From the human T2T-CHM13v2.0 reference genome, Homo sapiens, in assembly GCF_009914755.1 (NCBI RefSeq), contig NC_060935.1: a stretch of 64,000 bases of DNA; one strand, written 5' to 3'. The position numbers were made by a program, and so were the translations under genes. Every line of letters starts with the position of its first letter. The first letter of the stretch is position 1. The notes below the pieces were generated by a model, which saw only the letters and a program-made list of their open reading frames with translations, did no database searches and was not told where the DNA came from. Below, one piece after another: positions 1 through 55,620 of this stretch.

Positions 1-790
1 CTTTTCTGTGTGTGTGGATGGGGGTGGGGGTTCTGGTAAAGCTTATCAGGCTTCGCAGTCACCTGTGATGTGGGCTTCTTTCTGGGAAGAAAGGAAGGAG
101 TGGGATGGGGCTGTCAGCTTTTCATCCTAGCCTGCCCCTGTCCTCTGTCCGCCTCTGTGCTGAGGCAGTTCCTGCTCCCTGAGTCTCTGTCCTTTCCTGG
201 GAAAGGTGGAAGCAGTTCATGGTCTTTCCCTTTCAGAGGAGGAGGGGATGGAGGGGATTGTATTAGCAACTGGGATTGAAGCTCCCCCTGGCAGTTATGG
301 GGTGCCCTTGGGAGGGCTGCTTTAGGGGGGCTTTCTGAGAAGAGGCAGGTCGGGCTGTACCTGAGACCAATCCCCTTGATAAAATGCAGCCAGGCCTGAA
401 GCACGTTCAGAACGGAAGCAGCAAAGGTGATGATATCGCTCGTTGCTACTCAGCTTTCAGGAGGAGGCTGGGCGTTAGAGGGAGGCTGTGGCTTATCTCC
501 TGCAGCTGGGCAGGACGGCTGAGTTTACTGTTGTAAAGAGGAAGCCGCCGCTTTAGTTTCCTCTTGTGAGGGCTGTGAAGAGGGCCAGGACACTGCATTC
601 AGGATACCACAGCCATTTTGTTTTGGATAACTGGGATTACCTGGGGACTTCAGGGCTCTTGGAAATTTTCCACTCATATTTCATATTCACGAGAGAATTT
701 CCAGCCCAGGCTTTTCCTGCTCTGGCTCACTGCTGCTCACAGATATGCAAAACAGAGACCTCCTACTCCAGCCGGCAGACAGGACCCAGC

Positions 791-818
791 CAGCTGCACG
801 CACGCACTGACTCAGCTG
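791..818. promoter_or_regulatory. E-box / AP-1-ARE motif cluster just upstream of exon 1c ATG
   Basis: CAGCTG 791-796, TGACTCAGC 808-816 overlapping CAGCTG 813-818; motif match only. Confidence 0.35.
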
Positions 819-885
819 AGCCTCCTGGGTGGCAGGCAGCACCTCACCCGGGTGCATCACTTGAGTGGCATCTTCAGGACCAGTC

Positions 886-901
886 ATGGAGCCAGGCTCA
901 G
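886..901 (+). CDS. AMPD3: AMPD3 alternative first exon 1c, coding part (MEPGS + G|CT GAG ATG gives MEPGSAE-M, 774-aa isoform)
   Basis: gtcATGG strong Kozak at 886; donor CAG|GTCTGT at 901/902; phase 1 joins exon 2 acceptor 6011 in frame. Matches the recalled isoform 1C N-terminus. Confidence 0.85.
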
Positions 902-1392
902 GTCTGTGTCGGGGCTTCTGCAAGGGGAGTCTGGCAAGAGTAGGAACCAGCTTCCTTCGTATAACGAGGGGATTTCAGTGGCACTGGGCTTCCTTTCTGG
1001 AGGGACTGTGGCACCATGAAAAGTTACTGTTTGTTGAAACTGGCAGTGTTTTAGAACTTTCTAACTTTGGGACACTTCTTCAAGTTCATCAGAGCGTGTT
1101 GCATGTAACAGTGAGATAAGCTGTATCATTGGCTGACTGATGCTGGTGAATTCACAGCTAAGCCTCCCAAGCCTGCTGGTTTCAGCTGACAAAGGGTTGG
1201 AAGCCAGGCGTGAACATGCAGCTGGAGCTGAAGCTCTGCTTGGCATCTGCAGAGTGAGCTTTCCTTGTCAGGCCTGGCCTGGCAGGTGTCTGGAGGGTCT
1301 GAGAGGAGAGACACTCTGGAGGGACGGGTTGGCAGGTGGGAGCTGTCTGCCAAGGACATCCAGAAGGCAGCAGATGTGGGGGCAGCTGCTAA

Positions 1393-1776
<384 letters not shown>

Positions 1777-2110
1777 TTGGAATGAATTATCTACCAACTA
1801 TTTAAGACACTGGTAGTAGTTCTGCGGAAGATTTTTATGGGTTCTGTAAAACAAAAAGGGTTCTGTATGTTAATGTTACTCTATGATCCTTGATTTTAAT
1901 GAGCCTTATGAATGTGAGTTGAGGGGCTGTGGAATGCAACATCTCCCAATAACTGACCACAGGACCTGTTTTACCAGCAACAGGTATCAATTTCTTATGG
2001 CATCCAGTTTGGGAAAGGTTGATTTAAGCTAAAGAGAAAGGAAGATATGTTATAGAAAGCTGTGTCCTGAAAAGTATTTTTAGTTGATTAGAGCAAGCTA
2101 AAAATGCTTT

Positions 2111-2410
<300 letters not shown>

Positions 2411-2667
2411 GCATGCTTCATGAGCAAACATGGCAGGATCTGGCATAAGAGCCCTCAGACATCAAGGACTTCCCTCCCACCCAAATACCCATTGCCAAGG
2501 GAGCCTGGTTGGGGGTGTCTGGGTCAGGCCTGTGTGTGTCTGAGGGCATGAAGGAGGTAGGAAGGTGCTGCTGGTGGTGGATGGCTTCTGTCCAGGGTAG
2601 GAGCTAACACAGAGATAGGTCTGAATGGTGAAACTCCCTTTGGCCTGGCCTCTCAATAGTGTGGGTT

Positions 2668-2795
2668 AGGCTGATCTTGAACTCTTAGCCTCAAGTGATC
2701 CTTCCTCCTCAGCCTCCCAAATTGCCTGGACAACATGGCAAAACCTCATCTCTAAAAAAAAAAAAAAAAAAAAAAAAATTAGCCAGGTATGGTGA
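2668..2795. mobile_element. Rearranged Alu fragments (minus piece joined to plus piece)
   Basis: Minus-strand left-arm piece (AGGCTGATCTTGAACTC...CCCAAATTG) abuts plus-strand CCTGGACAACATGG..poly-A..TTAGCCAGG. Confidence 0.7.
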
Positions 2796-4510
2796 TGCTC
2801 CCTCCCTCCCTTCGGCAATTAAGGAGGGAGCCCTAATTGCCAAAACCTGCCAGAAAAAGAAGTTTGTTTTCCTATTTTTCTCTCTTTTCATAGAGTCTTA
2901 AGTCTACTCATTTTCTTTCTATTCTCTTTGTATTTGTTAAAAATGGCATTATAATAGCATTCATCATCAAAATAAAATATCCTCTCACACACAGGCAGCC
3001 CTGCCACCTGGTCATTTTGACTGCGTGAATCTCTTGCAGGTCTTGCCCATAAAGGGATGCATTTTCCTTTCACTGTAAATAAAGCATGGGTATGGTTCTA
3101 TGTATTAATTTTTTCATTTACTGTATTTTTATTTTTTTATGTGATTGCACCATCCTCATAATCATAATTCTGATTACTTAACATCTTTTTCAAGTGAGTA
3201 TGCTCTAATTTAGGCATTTTAAAGCTATTTATGTAAATAATGCAGGTAAATATCCTTGTGCTTTTCATTCTTAGGATTCTTTTTTTGAAAGAAATTTGTA
3301 GAAGTAAAGTTGCTTAGTCAAATGGTATGGTGCTTTATGGCATTTGCGGCCTTTTGCCTGGGCTGTTGGGTTGCATATCTTCTTCTGAGATGCGATGTGA
3401 GGTTTTGGGATGGTGCCCTTGATTGGTGGCCTTGGAATAAGGGGGGAGGTGAGGATCCAGTTTCGTTTCAGCCTGATGGAGCCTCCTGGGTCTGGTTCTT
3501 TGTGCTGTTCCAGACTTTCTCTCCCCTGTCACCTCCTTTGATGGCCTCCAGCTTCCCCCCTCTCTGCTATCAAGACATGGAAATCCCCACAGGCAGCTCT
3601 GTTCCTCTTCCTTTTTGCAGAGGCCAGGCCTCGCTGTCTTGATGTCTGCTCCCCAGACAGTTGTGTGTTGACAGGCTGTTCCCCACCAGCTCCCTCCCAC
3701 TCCTCTCATCAGGGAGTGGCAGGTCCTTGGGTCTCAGAGTTAAGGGAGCCACAGACCTCACTCTGATTGCCTGTTGCTAGCCTGCTTTCTTCCTTCCTGT
3801 CTGTGTCATGACTTAGTCCCACATGCCACTCAGACTCAGAGCAGCAAGCCCTCCTCAGGCACCGGAAATCTCTCTGGTACCTAGAATTATGCCACTTAGA
3901 GCTGAGAGGGCCTTAGAGACCACTTAGTTCAATCCCTTTATCTCACAGATGAGAACATTGTGAGGCCGGAGAATGACTGTCCCAAGATGGCCTAGTGTGT
4001 TCCCCTCCCCTGTAGCTGCACTTCTCCCTGCTGGACAGCAGCAGGGCTCTGTCTCATCTCCATTCTTGTCTGTCTGGTCCACAAAACCACTTCTCTCTTT
4101 AAACCAACTTTAAAGAAACTGTGGTCATAGGTAGATGGGAAACTCCTCTTCCAGAGCTGCTCCCAACGAGGGTGGCTTGTCGAAAAGGGTGCAGTATTAA
4201 TCCATTCCACAAGTGTTATGCTGGGGACTGTGAGGAGCCCCTGCCCGGACACATACGTGGACAAAGAGAAGCAGCACAGCATGGTGGGTGAGGGGACAGA
4301 GGCAGGAACCAGGTGCCTGGGTTCAGATCCCTGAGCTGAGGATCAGAGAGGAAAGGGATGAGAGAGAAAGGCTGAGAACAGCACAAATCTCTGCTGACTT
4401 ATTAAAAGTGTGACCCTGGGCATGTTAGCTCTCTATGCCTTCATTTTCTCATCTGTCAAGTGGGAATAATAAGATTAACTGAGTTAATAAGTATGAAGTT
4501 CTTTGCAGAG

Positions 4511-4596
4511 TATATATATGTATGTATACATATATAAAATATATATTATACATAATATATATAATATATAATATATATTTTATATATATATATATA
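4511..4596. repeat. (TA)n-rich microsatellite, likely derived from Alu tail
   Basis: Directly visible. Confidence 0.9.
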
Positions 4597-5217
<621 letters not shown>

Positions 5218-5907
5218 TAAGTGCTATACAAGTAATTGCAAAAAAGGAAAGAAATAAGGAAATGAAGAAAGCAAGCAAGCAAGAATGAAACCCAACCAAC
5301 CAAGCAGGTGGTTGAGGCCAGTGACTGTTAGTAAGGAATCAGTATGCGAGGAGGTGGATAGAGAAAGCTTCTTTGAGGGAGTGAGTTTTCAGCTGGGTAA
5401 AGAGTGTTCTAAAACCTTTATTTTATTTGCTGTGTCTTGTTAGGAGGTTCCAGAGGGTTTGGAACTGCAATAGCAGATTCTTTCTCTTCAGCAAAAGGCC
5501 TTGATTTATGTAATGAAGAATGCAGCTTTGGATTTCCCAGGGCTCTGCTGTAATCTTGTGCGACCTTAGCTGTTAAAGCCTCTGTGAAGTGGGGGAGTGA
5601 GGTTTGATTATTGTTGCAGCTATAACAGTATCCTCATAGTCTGGAGGAGGGAGAGCTGAACTCTCTCTTGTCCCTTCTCAAACATGGGAACAAAGTCAGG
5701 AGGGCAGGGCTGCCAGGTGCTGCAGATTCCCTGAGTTTGGGAAAATGGAAGCCCACCTAGTTGAACAGTTCATTCTTTGAATTTTGAACACTTGCTTTCT
5801 CCTGACACCTAAGTGGCCCTACATGCTTCACATCCAGTTACTTATTGAGCTAATTTTGAAATTGGCATGCTGGGTTTGGTCTGGGGCATTCCTAAGTAGA
5901 CAGCTGA

Positions 5908-50359
<44,452 letters not shown>

Positions 50360-51370
50360 GTCCAGCATTTGACATGCATTTTAACTTTTTGGTTCAATTT
50401 CAAGTCTGCTGTGGCTAATAGTGGTCAAGATTCCGAACTAGGACTTTCCTCTGTGAAGAGGATGCCTCTGAAGAAATTTTAAACTGGTGATTTTGGTTGC
50501 ACTGCTCACTTTAAGAGTTAACATGCTCACTTGTTAGTATTTCTGAGTAACAAGATGGTGACTTCTCCTTGGGGATCTGGGAGCTGAGCACTTGTCTATA
50601 CTTGTTCCTAATTTTCCAAGTATTTCTCTTGAAACTGCCAGTGCCTGAACTGTTGGGGCCAGGATTTTCCCTGGTCAGATGCCAAGTAACATGTGGTTTT
50701 CTGCCATACTTTTCTCCATTGGCCCAGGTAGGCTAATTGGTAGTTGTTCATTTCAGCCTCTGGATGGCTGGCTGCCTTAAACACAATCAATTTCAAAGCT
50801 CCATTTCATAAAGGGGCTACTTTGAAGGAGTTAAGATGGAAGACTTCCTTCTTGACAAATTGTGTTTTTAGTGAATTTCTTAAACCGTTTTATTTAGCCC
50901 TCCTTCCCTCTTTCTAGTTGGAAGCCAAATGTACTCATGAAAACAGCCACTCCTATTCTGAGTCTTGGTTTCTTCACCTAGAAAGTGAGGGTTTGGACTA
51001 GATGAGTGGCTTTCAGGGTGTTCTGTGAATCTCCTCATGAATACTTTAGGGTGGGGGAGGGAAGGGAGTGAGTGATGCTCAGGGGCTGTCAAAGTGACTG
51101 CGTTCATCAGTTTTACACTGGGGCTGCTACATAATATTTTCATTTGAACGAAGAACTTCAAAAAGCACAGGACTAGATGATCTCTGTTCCTTTTGGCTCT
51201 AATATGCTACAACTGTAGGCCAATTATCACTTTACCAATTAAGAGTTAGGCCAGATAAGTGAAATTTAACTTAAGGGCACACAGCTAATAAGTAATAGGC
51301 CTAAACTGGATTTCCTTATTCCAAATCCTGTCTTTTCCCCACTATTCCATTAGACCCCACAAATGTTAGT

Positions 51371-51391
51371 TGTGTGTGTGTGTGTGTGTGT
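51371..51391. repeat. (TG)10 microsatellite in AMPD3 3'UTR
   Basis: Directly visible. Confidence 0.9.
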
Positions 51392-52032
51392 TTTTAATCA
51401 CTGTAACCGGGTGCATTTTTTTAAGGCAAAATTTCTCCCTTATCTACTGTGATGACTTCAGAAGATACAATGGTCCCAGGGGCCAAGTAGAAAGCATTTT
51501 TAAAGATTAATCTGAATTAAGCTTTATCAGTGTACTCTTTATCTGTGTTACTAGTGCCTGGTATGTAGTAGGTGCTCAATAAATGCATATTGAATAACTA
51601 AGTGAATTTCTTTTGGCAACTTTTTAAGGACATGTGCTCTTAGTACTTAAGAGGCTGCTCAAGGACCTTCCTATCTATTTCTGTGGTCAAATTCAGACTA
51701 CAGGAGGTCTTTTTGAATCATTATAGTTAGAAGAAGAATCCAGTTTCTGCCTGTGAACTTATTTGACTTTAGATTGTCTCATCTTGTGACTTTATAATGC
51801 CTGTCCCCTCCACTGGTCAATTCAGCATATGGAAGTATAAATGCAGTCTTTTTACTAGGCAGATATATATGCTATCTTACAGCTAATTATGAAATTGAAT
51901 GAAAATCCATTGTTATCTTAGGGATTAGTTTTGAAAAGCCCCCATTTATATACATTTGCCCTAACATAGGAAGTATTGTGTAGTTTCTCATTGTCATTTT
52001 ATCTGTATCAAGTATCTTTTTTTAAATTGTTA

Positions 52033-52038
52033 AATAAA
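52033..52038 (+). terminator. AMPD3: Likely distal AMPD3 polyadenylation signal (AATAAA); proximal candidate at 51578-51583
   Basis: AATAAA preceded by U-rich sequence at the end of an AT-rich 3'UTR. Confidence 0.65.
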
Positions 52039-52626
52039 GTCAGCTAGGACTGTGGCTCAATAGTTTAAAACTATTTAAAGATAATCATATTTAAAGCAAA
52101 TGTTAAAGATTTTTACTCTTAAGATTGGGCACCATGAAAAGCTATCAATAATAATAGCTAATTTATCTTTTACTAAGACTCCGACATGAATGACATTCAC
52201 TAGGAAAACTCAAAATTTTCAAACTGAAGCTCACCAGACCCAGAAGATAAATCTTCCTTTGTTATTTTCTCTAACTTCTACCCTGTTATAGTTCATGAGC
52301 AAAGCTATACATGTTCCTTTCCTTTTCCCGGGGTATTATTTTAGTCTGTCCAGCTAACACCTTGTTGATATGGACTCTAGAATAGGATTGCGCTGTTATC
52401 CCTAGGGTAACTTGTTCCGTTGGTCAAGTTATTGGATCAATTAAACGTGGTAATTCGCTTTGACTGGTGAAGTCTCGGCATGTGTTGCTCGGAGGTCGGA
52501 TTGTGCTCCGAGGTCGCCCCAACCGAAATTTTTCACGCAGGTTTGATAGTTTAGGGCCTGTGGACTTGTTAAGTGTTGTTTGCGTTAATGAATTAAAGCT
52601 CCATAGGGTCTTCTCGTCTTGTTATA

Positions 52627-52701
52627 CTATGCCCGCCTCTTCACGGGCAGGTCAATTTCACTGGTTGAAAGTAAGAGACAGCTGAACCCTCGTGGAGCCA
52701 T
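52627..52701 (-). CDS. MTRNR2L8: Humanin-like 8 s[27 protein letters not shown] (24 aa)
   Basis: ATG GCT CCA CGA ... CTT TCA ACC ... CGG GCA TAG; differs from humanin only at L12S. Translation not shown by the sequence. Confidence 0.85.
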
Positions 52702-52744
52702 TCATACAAGTCCCTATTTAAGGAACAAGTGATTATGCTACCTT

Positions 52745-52801
52745 TGCACAGTTAGGGTACCGCGGCCGTTAAACGCATGTCACTGGGCAGGCGGTGCCTC
52801 T
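52745..52801 (-). ncRNA. MIR4485: Annotated MIR4485 hairpin locus
   Basis: Contains recalled miR-4485-3p UAACGGCCGCGGUACCCUAA (52752-52771) and -5p ACCGCCUGCCCAGUGA (52780-52795). Confidence 0.7.
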
Positions 52802-53663
52802 AATACTGAGAATGCTAGAGGTGATGTTTTTGGTAAACAGGCGGGGTAAGATTTGCCGAGTTCCTTTTACTTTTTTTAACCTTTCCTTGTGGGCATGCCT
52901 GTGTTGGGTTAACAGTGGGGGTAATAATGGCTTGTTGGTTGGTTATAGATATTGGGCTGTTAATTGTCAGTTTAATATTTTGGTCTGATGTAGGCTTATG
53001 CGGAGGAGAATGTTTTCATGTTACTTATACTAACATTAGCTCTTCTATAGGGTAATAGATTGGTCCAATTGGGTGCAAGGAGTTCAGTTATGTGTTTGGG
53101 ATTTTTTAGATGACAGGTGTCGAGCTTGAACGCTTTCTTAATTGGTGGCTGCTTTTAGGCCTACTGTGGGTATTAAATTTTTTACTCTCTTTACAAGGTT
53201 TTTTCCTAGTGTCCAAAGAGCTGTTCCTCTTTGGACTAACAGTTAAATTTACAGGGGGATTTGGAGGGTTCTGTGGGTAAATTTAAAGTTGAACTAAGAT
53301 TCTGTCTTGGACAACCAGCTATCACCAGACTCGGTAGGTTTGTCGCCTCTACCTACGAATCTTCCCACTATTTTGCTACATAGACGGGTGTGCTCTTTTA
53401 GCTGTTCTTAGGTAGCTCGTCTGGTTTCGGGGGTCTTAGCTTTGGTTCTCTTTGCAAAGTTATTTCTAGTTAATTCATTATGCAGAAGGTACAGGGATTA
53501 GTCCTTGCTGTATTATGCTTGGTTGCAATTTTTCATCTTTCCCTTGCGGTACTATATCTATTGCGCCGATTTACAATTTCTATCGCCTATACTTTATTTG
53601 GGTAAATGATTTGGTTAAAGCTGTTCGGTAGTAAGGTGGAATGGGTTTGGGGCTAGGTTTGGC

Positions 53664-53732
53664 TCAGAGCGGTCAAGTTGAGTTGAAATCTCCTAAGTGT
53701 AAGTTGGGTGCTTTGTGTTAAGCTACACTCTG
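53664..53732 (-). pseudogene. mt-tRNA-Val nuclear copy
   Basis: CAGAGTGTAGCTTAACAC...TTACAC...GCTCTGA, 69 nt. Confidence 0.95.
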
Positions 53733-54684
53733 GTTCGTCCAAGTGCACTTTCCAGTACACTTACCATGTTACGACTTATCTCCTCTATATAAATGCGTAG
53801 GGGTTTTAGTTAAGTGTCCTTTGAAGTATACTTGAGGAGGGTGACGGGCGGTGTGTACGCGCTTCAGGGCCCTGTTCAACTAAGCACTCTACTCTTAGTT
53901 TACTGCTAAATCCACCTTCGACCCTTAAATTTCATCAGGGTTATCGTAGTTTTCTGAAGTAGAAAATGTAGCCCATTTCTTGCCACCTCATGGGCTACAC
54001 CTTGACCTAACGTCTTTACGTGGGTACTTGCGCTTACTTTGCGGCCTTCGTCAGGGTTTGCTGAAGGTGGCGGTATATAGGCTGAGCAAGAGGTGGTGAG
54101 GTTGATCGGGGTTTATCGATTACAGAACAGGCTCCTCTAGAGGGATATGAAGCACCGCCAGGTCCTTTGAGTTTTAAGCTGTGGCTCGTAGTGTTCTGGC
54201 GAGCAGTTTTGTTAATTTAACTGTTGAAGTTTAGGGCTAAGCATAGTGGGGTATCTAATCCCAGTTTGGGTCTTAGTTATTCTGTGTTCAGATGCATTAA
54301 AGCCACTTTCGTAGTTTATTTTGTATCAACTGGAGTTTTTTACAACTCACGTGAATTTTAGCTTTATTGAGGGGAATTGATCTAAAACACTCTTTATGCC
54401 GGTTTCTATTGACTTGGGTTAATCGTGTGACCGCGGTGGCTGGCACGAAATTGACCAACCCTGGGGTTAGTATGGCTTAGTTAAACTTTGGTTTATTGCT
54501 AAAGGTTTATCACTGCTGTCTCCCGTGGAGGTGTGGCTAGGCTAAGCGTTTTGAGCTGCGTTGCTGCGTGCTTGATACCTGTTCCTTTTGATCGTGGTGA
54601 TTTAGAGGGTGACTCACTGGGGCGGGGATGCTTGCATGTGTAATCCTACTAAGAGCTAATAGAAAGGCTAGGACCAAACCTATT
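53733..54684 (-). pseudogene. Full-length mitochondrial 12S rRNA copy
   Basis: AATAGGTTTGGTCC ... GTGCACTTGGACGAAC; conserved GTGCCAGCCACCGCGG and AAGTCGTAACATGGTAAG. Confidence 0.96.
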
Positions 54685-54755
54685 TGTTTATGGGGTGATA
54701 TGAGCCCGTCGAAACATTTTCAGTGTATTGCTTTGGGGAAGTAAGCTACATAAAC
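54685..54755 (-). pseudogene. mt-tRNA-Phe nuclear copy
   Basis: GTTTATGTAGCTTAC...CTGAAAA...CCCCATAAACA, 71 nt. Confidence 0.95.
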
Positions 54756-55620
54756 TGTATGGGGTGTCTTTGGGGTTTGGTTGGCTCGGGGTATGGGGCT
54801 AGCAGCGGTGTCCTGCAAGCTTTTCTGACATCTTTTCTATAGCACTTTGTGCTTTTATTACATTGCTATACTTAATTGGCCTTTTGGGGGACAAATCCCT
54901 ACTTTCCTTTGTGTTTGCAACTGGAATAAGAGGCAATTAATTGTATACTGGCTTAGGTTTCTAAAGCAACAGTTTTTGAGGCAGTTATCCCTTCTTTATC
55001 CTTAAGGGCTCAAGTTCACTTTATGTGTTACTTCAAATTGTACCGCTGAAACCGATCGACATCATTGCTCTTTGCCTCGTGAAAACAAATCACAGCTCCT
55101 GGGTTGTGATTTTTCACGGCCTCTTGGATTAAACAAGAGCCGAAAGCACTTTTCTCTTGCTTTCTCTTTACTTCTGAGTGTTGGTGAAACAATATTCTTC
55201 ATTTCCTGCGTTTGAGACATGACTGAAGGTGATATACCCAAATACTCTGCCTGAACTATGATCATTATAAAGAACAAGTGTAACTAGGGGAATACTAACC
55301 AGATAAACAGTTCCTTGGAAATTTTTGCAATTAGTAAGATAGAAGATGACAGAGAGTAAGACTATAAACAGCTGCAAGCGTGTCAAAACCTATCTCTGCA
55401 AAGGCTTTTATGTATTTTGACAGTAAAATGTGCATTTCTCCACAGTATGATGATACAGTCAATTTAACTACCAACTGCCACTCATTCTTATGTCCTTGCA
55501 CTTTTCAGCACTAAGATTCTACGATGTTTCTCTAATTACATTCTTATATTTTGGAAATGATTTTACAAGGTAAACAAACTACAATAGGGTTGAGCATTTT
55601 ATTTTTGCTGTCTGTTGGGG

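Larger units (their letters stand above)
52362..53663 (-). pseudogene. MTRNR2L8: Partial mitochondrial 16S rRNA copy (MT-RNR2-like 8 locus)
   Basis: Begins GCCAAACCTAGCCCC on the minus strand; contains GGATAACAGCGCAATCC. Confidence 0.95.
52362..54811 (-). other. Nuclear mitochondrial DNA segment (NUMT): D-loop end, tRNA-Phe, 12S, tRNA-Val, 5' 16S
   Basis: Reverse complement is collinear with human mtDNA from the CA repeat/CCGCTGCT of the D-loop to 16S ...GAGTCCATATCAACAA; scattered substitutions; abrupt junctions with nuclear DNA. Confidence 0.98.

Noticed and set aside
52745-52801. MIR4485 as proof of nuclear NUMT expression
   Set aside because: The mature sequences appear identical to mt 16S, so reads cannot be assigned to this locus.
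52775-52849. SHLP1-like ORF
   Set aside because: The start codon position reads GCA; the nearby ATG (52777) is in another frame and stops after 8 codons. SHLP6 lies beyond the NUMT end.
52362-54811. Mitochondrial contamination or misassembly; functional rRNA/tRNA genes
   Set aside because: Many substitutions versus modern human mtDNA, a truncated 16S and a known NUMT locus; treated as pseudogenes.
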